Assembly (NCBI GenBank): GCA_036743455.1
Contig: DAINPM010000002.1
Span: forward strand, 7,349-71,348
Origin: Bacteroidales bacterium
Lineage (GTDB): Bacteria; Bacteroidota; Bacteroidia; Bacteroidales; VadinHA17
Length of the DNA stretch: 64,000 bases
Reading direction: 5' to 3'
Part shown: positions 48,001 to 57,605 of the stretch, piece after piece
Position numbering within the stretch: position 1 is the stretch's first letter
How the letters are laid out: every line of letters begins with the position of its first letter
Notes under the pieces: generated by a model
What the model was told of the DNA's origin: nothing
What the model saw: only the letters and a program-made list of their open reading frames with translations
The model's database searches: none
Position numbers and translations under genes: made by a program

Positions 48001-48834
48001 TAATTCTGTCCGTAAAAAGACCTCCGGTACTTTAAAATAGAGAACCACCATATAAACAACTGAAGAGAGCAATGCGGAAGTCACTAATGTCTTCACCCCT
48101 TTCCATGATCTTTGCGGTCCTTTTGTCTGCGACAACATTAACATAATAATTGAGACCAGTACCAATGCCCATAGGATAAGAGGCACTATCATGAGAAGAG
48201 TATTGCTTTTTGTTTCCGGAAAATCAAGAGAGAAAAGAAAAACACCTGCATTATTGTACACCTTGTATTCTTCTTCACCAGGATGTATGTTCAGCTTAAC
48301 ACTTTCAGGCACCCTGAAATCTTTCACGAAGCCACTTCTTACAATGTCATTCTCATAACTGTAATCGTTTCTAATCCTTACAAGGCCAATCAGTTCGTGG
48401 TTCCCCGTTTTTATTCTGTCATGAATAAACCATCCGTTTTGAATAAAAACTACAGGATTGCTGAATAATGAATCTTCTGGTAATCCGGGAACATCAAAAT
48501 CGTTGTCAGACCAATAAACAAGATTCTGATCAATATATTCAAGTATTGTTATTCCTTCTTTCGCAGTTAATGAAGATATAATGCTGCCGGATATTGGCCC
48601 GGGAGTTTTTTCCTGAGCAGGTACAGTTTGTAATTTTTCGAGACAATCCTTCATTATTCTTTCCTTATCCTGCAGTATCCTGTTGAATCTTTTAGTCATC
48701 AACCGGTATTCGAAGTTGCTGAAATAGAAGGATTCAGCTCCCAATGAAGCCAGGATAAGGAATACTGTAAGTATAAAAAGTAATAATCCGGAGCGTCTCT
48801 CTCTGCTCATTGAGTGGATATTAGTTTTAATCAT
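45088..48834 (-). CDS. Very large multi-pass sensor histidine kinase with extracytoplasmic domains, about 8 TM helices, HAMP, HisKA and HATPase_c domains.
   Basis: The H-box is AHEIKNPLTPM. The N, G1 and G2 boxes are NLIKNSIQA, DNGSGIP and GTGLGLSIV. The start is uncertain: the ORF-track 48888 is a TTG, and ATGs occur at 48834 (8-nt overlap with the rlmH stop) and 48810. No response regulator is adjacent. Confidence 0.8.
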   Translation of the reverse strand: MIKTNIHSMSRERRSGLLLFILTVFLILASLGAESFYFSNFEYRLMTKRFNRILQDKERIMKDCLEKLQTVPAQEKTPGPISGSIISSLTAKEGITILEYIDQNLVYWSDNDFDVPGLPEDSLFSNPVVFIQNGWFIHDRIKTGNHELIGLVRIRNDYSYENDIVRSGFVKDFRVPESVKLNIHPGEEEYKVYNNAGVFLFSLDFPETKSNTLLMIVPLILWALVLVSIIMLMLSQTKGPQRSWKGVKTLVTSALLSSVVYMVVLYFKVPEVFLRTELFSPYVFSLNNFIPSLGHLLLFSIFCSVLSYIFYVCFPLPVKQTDSQAKIFTQRVVLFIMGALFMSVMHRIFTQLVLDSNINFETYKILEISALSIVGYVSVFLLLLVPLFIILKIFRNTGDVKLKTTVISVIPSFLIIILFCGNSIASFLIVALLFSGLISLRWFMGKRKINIFNSTVLFSFLFGLYSLYVIAINSEKKTNENIKVQALSLSTENDPSAEHLLLDMWPLMTSDTVLYNMMVAEDFNRSQDDVNKITDYLTSKYFSGYWANYNINFVLCRENQLLRIGSGEADWDNCFDFFNGRTTKYGHRLTGTNFYFIDNLGGRSYYIGVLNFSKDLDTIHGLFIELYSDINVFQPGYSELLIDKKFDDFSGLKDYSFAKYINGLVVLNSGDFAYNKTDDEYVEENTDYRIFESEKYKHVAYKNGNTTVVISRQALNTGNLLISFAYLFTFLLLLGNIFVLLVNRPSIKRSLSLNFRQKLQLSYIGILLFSFILIGVMVALFTVNEYKSKHYENIKEKLNSINIELENKLSEEMLLTPNNGSGTSQQLNELLVDLSNIFNTDINIYNLNGFLTATSRPEIYYRNLTSRRMDMMAFKNVSDFTRTEFFQTEQMGNMKYISVYMPLYSADYKIQAFLNLPYFRMQSALATEISNLIVAIINFTLLLILITMGLAVIISGTLTSPLTMLSKGLASVRLGEKSEHLYYSGKDEIGDMVRQYNRMVDELEESTHKLASTEREYAWREMAKQVAHEIKNPLTPMKLNVQQLLKSWRDNPSGFGEKLQIFVRNQIEYIDNLSLIASAFSSFAKMPGSNPVVMSLKEQINTTLELFRNTENITFILNWPSENDVLICADKEQVNGIFSNLIKNSIQAIPQGRKGCVSVSAEIKGARVKVSVADNGSGIPENLRGRMFTPNFTTKSSGTGLGLSIVKKYVEAANGKIWFESKTDEGTTFFVEFPLKSVVGEAGKDMAD

Positions 48835-49300
48835 GGTGATAGGGTTCACCCTTAATGATTGTAAATGCCCTGTAAAGTTGTTCAGCAAACAATAACCGTA
48901 CCATCTGGTGCGAAAAAGTCATCTTAGACAGCGATAATTTCATATCAGAGATCTTATAGACATCTTCTGCAAAACCCCAGGGACCACCTATAACAAATAA
49001 AATTCTTCTTGTCTGATACATCATCTGCTTTTCCAGCCATACAGCAAATTCAGCAGTATTCATTTGTGTACCTCCTTCATCAAGCAGTACAATATAATCA
49101 TTCTTTCCGGCTGATTCAATTATCTTTCTTCCTTCTTTTTCCTTTTGCTCCACTACCGGCATATTCCGGTTATTCCTGATTGCCGGAAGAGTGATTATCT
49201 CAAATGCAGCATATCTTTTAACCCTTTGTGAATATTTATCTACGCCTGAAACAATATACTGTTCCGTTGTCTTACCTGTTTGCAATAATGCAATTTTCAT
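48827..49300 (-). CDS. rlmH: 23S rRNA (pseudouridine1915-N3)-methyltransferase RlmH.
   Basis: The 157-aa protein is SPOUT-family, with the blocks VLLDEGG, FVIGGPWG and LSLSKMTFSHQMVRL. Confidence 0.9.
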   Translation of the reverse strand: MKIALLQTGKTTEQYIVSGVDKYSQRVKRYAAFEIITLPAIRNNRNMPVVEQKEKEGRKIIESAGKNDYIVLLDEGGTQMNTAEFAVWLEKQMMYQTRRILFVIGGPWGFAEDVYKISDMKLSLSKMTFSHQMVRLLFAEQLYRAFTIIKGEPYHHD

Positions 49301-49347
49301 AAATTATGGCGCGACTTTTGTAAGTACTTTTATGCTTATACTATCTG

Positions 49348-49355
49348 CAAAAATA
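49348..49355 (-). promoter_or_regulatory. Candidate -7 box (TATTTTTG) upstream of rlmH.
   Basis: The reverse complement of caaaaata matches TAnnTTTG. It lies about 47 nt upstream of the ATG at 49300. Confidence 0.3.
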
Positions 49356-49431
49356 TAATTAAAAATGTGCTCATACAATTATAAATATACCGGTTGGGAT
49401 GAAGATTATCCCTTTATTATGGGAAAATAGT

Positions 49432-49439
49432 TAAATTTG
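49432..49439 (+). promoter_or_regulatory. Candidate -7 box (TAAATTTG) upstream of the DUF4783-like/nadC pair.
   Basis: It matches TAnnTTTG and lies 39 nt upstream of the ATG at 49479. Confidence 0.3.
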
Positions 49440-49478
49440 TATTGTAGAGAATATGAAAGTCCCCAAAAAACTTAAATA

Positions 49479-49883
49479 ATGAGATTAAAAAGTATTTTTC
49501 CTGTAATTCTTCTGTTATTCAACTATTTTTTTCTTAATGCACAGGAAACACCCCGTATACCAGAGGGTATTTCGGTTGCTTTCAAAGCGGGCAATGCAGT
49601 TGAACTTACAAAGTATATGAATTCGACTGTTGAACTGTTGCTTCTTGAGAATGCTGACTTCTACAAAAGGAATGTTGCTGAGGCTGTCCTGAAAGATTTT
49701 TTTGCTGAGTACCCGGTGGAAGATTTCATCATACGTCATCAGGGAGCAAAAAATGATGCCCGGTATGCTATTGGTATACTTAAAACTGATAAAGGTGATT
49801 TCAGGATATATTTTCTTCTCAAGAAGGTAGAGGAGGATTTGCTTATTCATCTTATACGTATAGAACCGGAAAATGCAGACTGA
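49479..49883 (+). CDS. DUF4783-like small secreted protein.
   Basis: It has a signal peptide. The pattern FKAGNA..L.KYM...VEL...... and RYAIGILKT.KGDFRIYF matches my memory of the family usually found next to nadC in Bacteroidota. It overlaps the nadC start by 11 nt. Confidence 0.55.
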   Translation: MRLKSIFPVILLLFNYFFLNAQETPRIPEGISVAFKAGNAVELTKYMNSTVELLLLENADFYKRNVAEAVLKDFFAEYPVEDFIIRHQGAKNDARYAIGILKTDKGDFRIYFLLKKVEEDLLIHLIRIEPENAD

Positions 49884-50715
49884 CATTCTGCGGGATTTTA
49901 TCCTGAGAAGTATTAATGAAGATATCGGGGATGGAGACCATTCATCTCTGGCCTGTATCCCTCTGTATGCAGAAGGGAAAGCCAGTCTCCTAATAAAGGA
50001 TACCGGCATTTTGGCCGGGACTGAAATCGCCAAAGAAGTTTTTGATGTTGTCGATAAAGATCTTATTTGTGATATTCTTATCCATGACGGTGAAAAAATT
50101 GAACCCGGAAATATTGCATTGACTGTTACAGGCAGGCAACAGTCAATCCTTAAATCGGAAAGGCTGGTACTCAATATACTGCAGAGGATGAGCGGTATAG
50201 CTACTACAACCAATAAATATGCCACTCGTCTTCGTGGTCTTAAAACCAAAATTCTGGATACACGAAAGACAACTCCTGGTTTTAGGTTTCTTGAAAAAGA
50301 GGCCGTACGAATAGGTGGGGGGTATAATCACAGGATGGGACTTTTTGATATGATTATGTTAAAAGATAATCATATCTTATATGCAGGAGGAATAGAAAAA
50401 GCCATAAAAAAAACACAGGAATATCTGAAATCAAATAAAATAAATCTTAAAATAGAGATTGAAGCAAGGAATATTGATGACGTACAGACAATCCTTTCGA
50501 TCGGAGGGATAGACAGGATTATGCTTGATAATTTCAACCTTGAAGATACCCGGACAGCAATAAGGATGATAGACGGGAGATATGAAACAGAGTCTTCCGG
50601 AGGAATCACCCTTGATACCCTTAGGGATTATGCTGAATGCGGAGTTGATTTTATATCGGTTGGAGCTCTCACTCATCATATAAAAAGCCTGGATATGAGC
50701 TTAAATGCTGTTTAA
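49873..50715 (+). CDS. nadC: Nicotinate-nucleotide pyrophosphorylase (carboxylating), NadC.
   Basis: Blocks seen are EDIGDGDHSS, ERLVLNILQRMSGIAT, DTRKTTPG.R and MLDNF. The protein is 280 aa. Confidence 0.9.
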   Translation: MQTDILRDFILRSINEDIGDGDHSSLACIPLYAEGKASLLIKDTGILAGTEIAKEVFDVVDKDLICDILIHDGEKIEPGNIALTVTGRQQSILKSERLVLNILQRMSGIATTTNKYATRLRGLKTKILDTRKTTPGFRFLEKEAVRIGGGYNHRMGLFDMIMLKDNHILYAGGIEKAIKKTQEYLKSNKINLKIEIEARNIDDVQTILSIGGIDRIMLDNFNLEDTRTAIRMIDGRYETESSGGITLDTLRDYAECGVDFISVGALTHHIKSLDMSLNAV

Positions 50716-50820
50716 GAACAGTTATTTTTTAAAAGTCCTCCTGAGATCATTAAAATTTTAGTAATAATTTATATTATTATACCTCTGACATCTAATTAAA
50801 GTTATTTGTTATTTTTTTCA

Positions 50821-50828
50821 TATTTTTG
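50821..50828 (+). promoter_or_regulatory. Candidate -7 box (TATTTTTG) upstream of the lipoprotein gene.
   Basis: It matches TAnnTTTG and ends 20 nt before the ATG at 50849. Confidence 0.3.
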
Positions 50829-50848
50829 GTGCTGCAAAAAAACATTTA

Positions 50849-52159
50849 ATGAAAAAATTGATATTTTTTTCTATCATTTTGCTTCTTGCTGCCTGCAAGG
50901 AAAAAACTGAAAATACTTATTTTACTCCCGAAAAAGCGAAGCAGAATTTTGACAGAATTAAAGCTATATGTGAAGAGGATAATGGAGAATTATGGGGAAC
51001 CAATCTCTATGGCCCATTAATGTATGTCGACAGGGGAACCCGGAAAATTCTGGCCAATCAACCCGACCAGGAGGGCAATCTAAAAGAAAAAAACGGCATT
51101 TATACTGGTAATTATCCCAATGAATTAATTATCAATAATACGGCCAATACTTTTGGGGGCACCTTGTTTGCAATGTCGGCTCTCCCTTCAGAGGAAAATG
51201 AATTCAGGATTATCTCACGAGGTTTGCACAGTCTCTATCACCGGCATCAGAAAGCATCAGGCTATTTCACCACTTCCAACCATGAATGTAATTCTCCTTT
51301 TATGGAAGAAAGAAATGCCAGAATATGGACAAAACTTGAATGGAATGCTCTCAGAAAAGCTATCTCATCGGAAGGAAAGGAACAATTGCTATGCATACGG
51401 GATGCTCTTGTTTTCAGAGGAGCCCGACGGGAGTTTTATCAGGATTACAGCGCTTATTCTGACAGATTTGAAACATATGAGGGTCTGGCATTTTTTACTT
51501 CTTTACTTCTTGGAACAGAATCGCAGGAAGAATTTAATACACATTTGACGGAATACCTCGACAGAGTTTATTCCTTTGAATCATATTCCAGATCTTACGG
51601 AACAGTACAGGGAACCTTATATGCAACTCTTCTGTATATGAAGGGGTTTGATTTCACAACTATACAGTCGGAAAATGTTAATCTGGGAGAACTGGTAATG
51701 AATGTATACGACATCCAGTTGCCCGAACTGTGCCGTGATGTAGCCGGAAGTCTGGCTATCAATTATGATATTGATAAAATCCGTGAAGAAGAAAACCAGA
51801 GAGATGCAGATATAAAAGAGTATATTCACAAACAGATCAATACTTTCGTTGAAAAACCTGTCGTATATATCGAACTGGAAAGTCCATACTTCGACTTCAA
51901 TCCGGAAGATATTCAACCTCTGGGACCAAACGGCACCCTGTATCATAAAATTCGTATATCCGACAACTGGGGAAAACTGACAGTTACCAAAGGTGGTTGT
52001 CTTATCTCAAGTAATTTCACTTACCTTCGTGTCACAGCAAAAAATTACAAGGCTGGCAGAAACCATTATGAAGGAGAAGGTTGGGATCTGATGCTTAACA
52101 ATAACTGGGAAGTCATAGAAGTTGATGAGAATTATATCCTTAGAAAATTACAACCTTAA
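50849..52159 (+). CDS. Hypothetical lipoprotein (436 aa).
   Basis: It begins [16 protein letters not shown] with a lipobox Cys. No family was recognised. Confidence 0.6.
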   Translation: MKKLIFFSIILLLAACKEKTENTYFTPEKAKQNFDRIKAICEEDNGELWGTNLYGPLMYVDRGTRKILANQPDQEGNLKEKNGIYTGNYPNELIINNTANTFGGTLFAMSALPSEENEFRIISRGLHSLYHRHQKASGYFTTSNHECNSPFMEERNARIWTKLEWNALRKAISSEGKEQLLCIRDALVFRGARREFYQDYSAYSDRFETYEGLAFFTSLLLGTESQEEFNTHLTEYLDRVYSFESYSRSYGTVQGTLYATLLYMKGFDFTTIQSENVNLGELVMNVYDIQLPELCRDVAGSLAINYDIDKIREEENQRDADIKEYIHKQINTFVEKPVVYIELESPYFDFNPEDIQPLGPNGTLYHKIRISDNWGKLTVTKGGCLISSNFTYLRVTAKNYKAGRNHYEGEGWDLMLNNNWEVIEVDENYILRKLQP

Positions 52160-54789
52160 GACATTCCAATCTCTTTAAGCCTGTTCTCAAGTGAACTGAT
52201 CTTCGTTTCAGCATCATTTTTCTTCTTCTTTTCCATGTCCAGTATTTTTTCCGGAGCATTCTTTACAAAATTTTCATTCCCAAGCTTCTTCTCTACATTA
52301 AGGAGAAAGCCCCTGTAATACTTCAGTTCATTACTTATTTTTTTTGCTTCAGCCTCAATATCCATTTTATCTCCTAAGGGAATAAAATATTCAACGGTCC
52401 CTATCATAAAAGAAGCTGCCTCCTCCTGTTTGCTGTCAACAAACTTAATATGATCAAGATTGCACAAGCGTGTAACAACAGGAAGAAATTCATGATCAGC
52501 ACTCTTTTCATCAGCTCTGATACAAAGAATGAGTTTATCTTTATTATTCAGATCTCTCTCCTTTCTTATGCTTCGGATTGCTGTTACCGTTTCTTTTATC
52601 AGTTCAAATCTTCCTGTAATATTTCTGTCATATTTTTTTATTTCAGGCAGTCTGCTAATCATAATACTTTCACCATCTTTACGCTCATCAAAAAGCTGCC
52701 ATATTTCCTCGGTAATAAAAGGCATAAATGGATGAATTATTTTAAGCAGTTTATCGAAAAAGCTTAGAGTTGCATCAAAGGTTTTCCTGTCTACAGGTTT
52801 CTTATATTCAGGTTTTATGATTTCAAGATACCATCCGGAAAATTCATCCCAGAATAATTTGTATACATTCATCAGAGCTTCTGATATTCTGAATTTCCTG
52901 AAATTGGAATCAACCTCTCCTATGCCTTTTGTAAGAATTTCTCCCATCCATCGTACAGCAGCAGATGAGGAAACAGGCTGTTCAGCAGTATCATCCACAT
53001 CCCAGCTTTTTACCAGCCTGAAAGCATTCCATATCTTATTTGCAAAATTTCTTCCCTGTTCAGGGAGAGTATCATCATAAAGAAGATCATTCCCTGCAGG
53101 TGAACATAGCAACATCCCCACTCTTACCCCGTCCGCACCATACTTTGCGATAAGATCAAGAGGCTCCGGCGAATTTCCAAGAGATTTCGACATTTTTCTC
53201 CTTTGCTGATCACGTACCAGACCTGTCAGATAAACGTTACGAAAAGGTTTGTCTCCCTTAAATTCATAACCGGCAATAATCATTCTGGCCACCCAGAAAA
53301 AGAGTATTTCAGGTGCAGTAATAAGATCATTCGTGGGATAATAATAATTAATATCCTTATTCCCGGGATTCATGATACCGTTAAAAGATGTAAGAGGCCA
53401 CAACCATGATGAAAACCAGGTATCAAGAACATCTTCATCCTGCCGTAAATCGCTTTCGCTAAGGGTTGTGTTGCCGCTCTTTTCCCTGGCTTTTTCAAGT
53501 GCATTCTGTAAATTCTCTGCCACAACTATTTCATTATTCCCATAATACCATGCAGGTATTCTGTGGCCCCACCATAACTGACGGCTTATACACCAATCAT
53601 GAACATTTTCCATCCAGTGACGATAAAGATTCCTGAATTTTGATGGATGAAGATGGACATCTCCGTTAAGGACAGCATTAAGAGCGGGTTTTGAAATATC
53701 CTCCATTTTCAGGAACCATTGGGTTGAAAGCCTGGGTTCAATAATAATATGTGTACGTTCTGAGCGCCCTACCTTGTTCCTGTAAAGGATGACTTTGACA
53801 AGATTGCCTGTCCTGCGTAATTCCTCTTCTGCCATGTCTTTGGCAGCAAACCTGTCAACCCCCGAAAACATAGGAGAATCATTTATTATTGTTCCATCAT
53901 CGTTGAAAATATCTATTGAGTCCAGATTATGCCTCATCCCTATCGCATAATCATTCACATCATGAGCGGGTGTTATCTTAAGACAGCCAGTACCAAACTC
54001 CATATCAACATAATCATCAAAAATAAAAGGAACTTCCCTGTTAGCCATTGGCACTATCACCTTCTTCCCTTTGAGATGTTCATATCTTGAATCGGCGGGA
54101 TTGGCACACAAGGCAGTATCTCCCAGAATTGTTTCGGGACGGGTTGTTGCAACAACCACATAATCATCTTCTCCTGCAATTCTGTATCTTACATAATAAA
54201 GCTTTGATTGTTCCTCAGTAAAGTACACTTCTTCATCAGATACAGCTGTGCGTGCCTGGGGATCCCAGTTTACCATCCTGACTCCTCTGTAAATAAGACC
54301 CTTATTATAAAGTTCTACAAATACCCTGATTACTGAATCGTATCTTTCCTGATCCATTGTGAAGATAGTCCTGTCCCAATCACATGAAGCACCAAGCTTC
54401 TTCAACTGTTCAAGTATAATACCCCCATGTTTATGAGTCCATTCCCAGGCATGATCAAGAAACTCTTTCCGCGAAATATCTCTTTTTTCAATACCTTCAC
54501 TCTTCAGCTTTGCCACTACTTTTGCTTCAGTTGCTATTGAAGCATGGTCAGTTCCCGGAACCCAGCAGGCATTCTTGCCAAGCATCCTTGCACGACGTAT
54601 CAGAACATCCTGTATGGTATTGTTGAGCATGTGACCCATGTGTAGTACCCCTGTGACATTTGGAGGAGGAATGACAATTGTGTAAGGCTCTCGCTCGTCA
54701 GGTATACTTCTGAAAAAACCATGCTTCATCCAGTAATCATACCATTTACTTTCAGTAGTAAGCGGATCATATTTCGTGGGTAAATTCAT
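52156..54789 (-). CDS. valS: Valine--tRNA ligase.
   Basis: It has the class-I HIGH motif ([12 protein letters not shown]) and the KMSKS motif, plus a C-terminal coiled coil. The protein is 877 aa. Confidence 0.97.
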   Translation of the reverse strand: MNLPTKYDPLTTESKWYDYWMKHGFFRSIPDEREPYTIVIPPPNVTGVLHMGHMLNNTIQDVLIRRARMLGKNACWVPGTDHASIATEAKVVAKLKSEGIEKRDISRKEFLDHAWEWTHKHGGIILEQLKKLGASCDWDRTIFTMDQERYDSVIRVFVELYNKGLIYRGVRMVNWDPQARTAVSDEEVYFTEEQSKLYYVRYRIAGEDDYVVVATTRPETILGDTALCANPADSRYEHLKGKKVIVPMANREVPFIFDDYVDMEFGTGCLKITPAHDVNDYAIGMRHNLDSIDIFNDDGTIINDSPMFSGVDRFAAKDMAEEELRRTGNLVKVILYRNKVGRSERTHIIIEPRLSTQWFLKMEDISKPALNAVLNGDVHLHPSKFRNLYRHWMENVHDWCISRQLWWGHRIPAWYYGNNEIVVAENLQNALEKAREKSGNTTLSESDLRQDEDVLDTWFSSWLWPLTSFNGIMNPGNKDINYYYPTNDLITAPEILFFWVARMIIAGYEFKGDKPFRNVYLTGLVRDQQRRKMSKSLGNSPEPLDLIAKYGADGVRVGMLLCSPAGNDLLYDDTLPEQGRNFANKIWNAFRLVKSWDVDDTAEQPVSSSAAVRWMGEILTKGIGEVDSNFRKFRISEALMNVYKLFWDEFSGWYLEIIKPEYKKPVDRKTFDATLSFFDKLLKIIHPFMPFITEEIWQLFDERKDGESIMISRLPEIKKYDRNITGRFELIKETVTAIRSIRKERDLNNKDKLILCIRADEKSADHEFLPVVTRLCNLDHIKFVDSKQEEAASFMIGTVEYFIPLGDKMDIEAEAKKISNELKYYRGFLLNVEKKLGNENFVKNAPEKILDMEKKKKNDAETKISSLENRLKEIGMS

Positions 54790-55002
54790 ATCGGGGAAAA
54801 AATAATCTAAATTGAAATATTTCGATCTGCAAAAATAGAAATTATTTATTACTTCCTTCCCGGCTGCTTCATTTCATCAAAACCGGCACTTCTCACTATC
54901 CCTTCTCTTATTTCTTAAGCGTGTTGTATTATATTTTCAGATATAATAAGATATTATTATCCGAAATAAAAAGCAATTGTATCAATAATCATCCGATTTG
55001 TT

Positions 55003-55010
55003 TATTTTTG
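55003..55010 (+). promoter_or_regulatory. Candidate -7 box (TATTTTTG) upstream of the aminotransferase gene.
   Basis: It matches TAnnTTTG and lies 32 nt before the ATG at 55043. A TTG at 54977-54979 sits about 23 nt upstream. Confidence 0.35.
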
Positions 55011-55042
55011 TAGTTCTCAAATTAACTAACGACCATTTTATT

Positions 55043-56242
55043 ATGCCGTCAATATCTGAAAAAGGCAGAGCAATGCCGGCCTCCCCGATAAGGAAACTGG
55101 CTCCTTATGCCGAAGATGCGAAAAAAAGGGGCATAAAAGTCTATCATCTCAATATTGGACAACCAGATATCCCGACACCTGAAGTAGCACTCAATGCCGT
55201 ACGTAATATTGACCTTAAAGTTATTGAATACAGTCATTCTGCCGGTAATGAATCGTATCGCCGCAAACTGGCCTCTTTTTACAATAATCTGGGAATAGAT
55301 ATTGATTACACGGACATCCTGATCACTACAGGGGGATCGGAAGCTATCCTGTTTGCCATGATGGCATGCATCAATCCGGGAGAAGAGATAATCACATCAG
55401 AGCCTCTGTATGCCAATTACATTGGCTTTTCCACAGCCGCTGGTGTGAACATCGTTCCGGTTACTTCGCGTATTGAAAATGATTTTGCTCTGCCACCCAT
55501 TTTTGAGATAGAAAAAAAGATCACTCCAAAAACGAAAGGAATAATAATATGTAACCCGAATAATCCAACAGGATATCTTTATTCCCGGGAAGAATTGAAG
55601 CAAATAGCCGATATTGTCAAAAAGTATGATCTGTATCTCTTTTCTGATGAATCATACAGGGAATTCTGCTATGACGGAGCATCGTTTTTCTCATCAATGA
55701 ACCTGAAAGGCATTGAAGAGAACACAGTTGTGATCGATTCTGTCTCGAAGCGTTACAGTGAATGTGGTATAAGGATTGGTTCTCTTGTTTCGCGTAACCG
55801 TGAACTTATATCAACAGTTTTAAAATTTGCCCAGGCCAGGCTATCGCCTCCGGGTTTCGGACAAATTGCTGCTGAAGCCTCCATTGATGCTCCGGCATCT
55901 TATTTCACAGATATCAACAAAGAATATACTGCCCGTCGTGATTGTATGGTAGAAGCTCTTAACAATATTCCCGGTGTTTATTGTCCGAAACCAAAAGGTG
56001 CCTTTTATACCGTTGTAAAACTTCCGGTTGATAATGCTGATAAGTTTGCACAATGGATCCTTGAAAAATTCGAATACAAAAACCAGACTGTCATGCTGGC
56101 TCCGGCTTCAGGTTTTTATTCTACTCCCGGAATGGGGCTAAATGAGGTCCGCATAGCGTATGTATTAAACATTAACGATTTAAAAAACGCTATAGAAACT
56201 ATCTCTGAAGCTTTAAAAGTTTACCCGGGAACCATACGCTGA
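55043..56242 (+). CDS. Class I/II pyridoxal-phosphate-dependent aminotransferase (aspartate aminotransferase-like).
   Basis: The ATG at 55043 gives MPSISEKGRAMPASPIRKL. The blocks NPNNPTG and SVSKRYSECGIRIG (PLP lysine) are present. The ORF-track start at 54998 is a TTG. Confidence 0.85.
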   Translation: MPSISEKGRAMPASPIRKLAPYAEDAKKRGIKVYHLNIGQPDIPTPEVALNAVRNIDLKVIEYSHSAGNESYRRKLASFYNNLGIDIDYTDILITTGGSEAILFAMMACINPGEEIITSEPLYANYIGFSTAAGVNIVPVTSRIENDFALPPIFEIEKKITPKTKGIIICNPNNPTGYLYSREELKQIADIVKKYDLYLFSDESYREFCYDGASFFSSMNLKGIEENTVVIDSVSKRYSECGIRIGSLVSRNRELISTVLKFAQARLSPPGFGQIAAEASIDAPASYFTDINKEYTARRDCMVEALNNIPGVYCPKPKGAFYTVVKLPVDNADKFAQWILEKFEYKNQTVMLAPASGFYSTPGMGLNEVRIAYVLNINDLKNAIETISEALKVYPGTIR

Positions 56243-56286
56243 GTTTATACCGGAGTAATGAGTTACTAATGAGAATCGCAGTTTTG

Positions 56287-57456
56287 TTATTCTTTATATA
56301 AAAGATACTTAAGCCTGATTTTGCAGAATTGTTCCAGACCGTCTTCCCATGTTGCTTTAATCTGTGTTTCATTCATACCGCTGATAATTTGTTCTCTTAA
56401 AACAGGTCCTCCTGCCAAAACATCAAAATAAGCTGTAAAAAATTTATCCTTTTCAGGATAGTCATTGTAAGCATCCAGTAACCAGCTCAGATTCAATCGC
56501 GGAGAAGGAACAAATTTACGTTCGATTGCATCACGCAAATCAGTTCCATAACATTTTATCCCCAGCAGAGGAGGCTTTCCTGATCCCGGCATGCTTCGGG
56601 GAGTAAAACTGAAACCCTTATCAGGCAATAAAGGAGAACCATAAACCTGAAAAGGAAATGGAGTTCCTCTCCCCAAAGAAATACTTGTTCCCTCAAAGAA
56701 ACAGATGGATGGGTAAAGATAAACAGATGTCTGATTAGGAAGATTGGGAGATGGTCTTACCGGCAACTCATAAAAAGTATTATGATCATAATTCTCACAT
56801 TTCACTACTACCAGATCACAGGTATTACCATCTTTTAACCATTTTTCTCCATTGATCATCAATGCATATTCCCCAATCGTCATACCATGTACTACAGGAA
56901 CCGGATGCATTCCTACAAATGACCTGTGAGCGGTATCCGGAATATTACCGTCCACATAGAAACCGTTAGGATTCGGTCTGTCAAGAACAATACATCTGAC
57001 ATCATTTTCAGCACAAGCCTCCATAATATAATGCAGAGTGGAGATATATGTATAAAACCTCACTCCGACATCCTGTATGTCAAACAGCACTATATCAATT
57101 CCTTTCATTTGATCGGGAAGAGGTTTCCTGTACTTACCGTAAAGGCTAATAACCGGAAGTCCTGTAGTACAATCAGTCTTGTTCTCTATCAGCGCTCCAT
57201 CATCGGCCATATCCCTGAAACCGTGTTCAGGAGAAAAAATAAGCCTCACATCAATCCCGTTTTCCAAAAGGTAATCAACAAGGTGAAGCTTCCCGACAAT
57301 AGCAGTCTGGTTAGCAGCCACAGCTACCCTCCTGCCTTCAATAAGATGATAGTAGGCTTCCAGCCGCGAAGAACCTGGTACAGGGAGCTTCTGTACTGCC
57401 TGACAGGTATAATTCAACAAACAAAAAAATGACAGAACAGGAATAATACATTTCAT
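56287..57456 (-). CDS. DUF1343 / NamZ-family exo-beta-N-acetylmuramidase-like protein.
   Basis: The blocks FSPEHGF, LPVISLYG, DIVLFDIQDVGVRFYTYISTL, VLDRPNP and HGMTIGE closely follow my memory of B. subtilis NamZ (YbbC). Confidence 0.8.
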   Translation of the reverse strand: MKCIIPVLSFFCLLNYTCQAVQKLPVPGSSRLEAYYHLIEGRRVAVAANQTAIVGKLHLVDYLLENGIDVRLIFSPEHGFRDMADDGALIENKTDCTTGLPVISLYGKYRKPLPDQMKGIDIVLFDIQDVGVRFYTYISTLHYIMEACAENDVRCIVLDRPNPNGFYVDGNIPDTAHRSFVGMHPVPVVHGMTIGEYALMINGEKWLKDGNTCDLVVVKCENYDHNTFYELPVRPSPNLPNQTSVYLYPSICFFEGTSISLGRGTPFPFQVYGSPLLPDKGFSFTPRSMPGSGKPPLLGIKCYGTDLRDAIERKFVPSPRLNLSWLLDAYNDYPEKDKFFTAYFDVLAGGPVLREQIISGMNETQIKATWEDGLEQFCKIRLKYLLYKE

Positions 57457-57581
57457 AATATACCGGGATAAGCAAAAATAATTAATTATAATATCTGTCT
57501 AACTTCTTTTATAAAACTACAAAATACAATAAAACTTGCAATGAGTGAACATAAGACAATCAGGTTAAGTGCATATTTTAT

Positions 57582-57589
57582 TAAATTTG
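57582..57589 (+). promoter_or_regulatory. Candidate -7 box (TAAATTTG) upstream of the LolC/E-like gene.
   Basis: It matches TAnnTTTG and ends 16 nt before the ATG at 57606. Confidence 0.3.
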
Positions 57590-57605
57590 AACTGTAATAT
57601 ATCTT

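Noticed and set aside
49515-50249. A 244-aa minus-strand ORF.
   Set aside because: It lies entirely antisense to two well-supported plus-strand genes (DUF4783-like and nadC). Its translation is Leu/Ser/Ile/Arg-rich with no motifs. It is a typical shadow ORF.
51227-51481. HSLYH (HxxxH) followed about 80 residues later by ETYEGLAFF in the 436-aa lipoprotein. I considered it as a degenerate gluzincin (HExxH...E) peptidase.
   Set aside because: The catalytic Glu of HExxH is absent (Ser in its place), the spacing is atypical, and I cannot verify the fold. Short motifs like this occur by chance.
56926-57432. A 168-aa plus-strand ORF.
   Set aside because: It is antisense to the NamZ/DUF1343 gene, which matches the B. 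subtilis protein closely.
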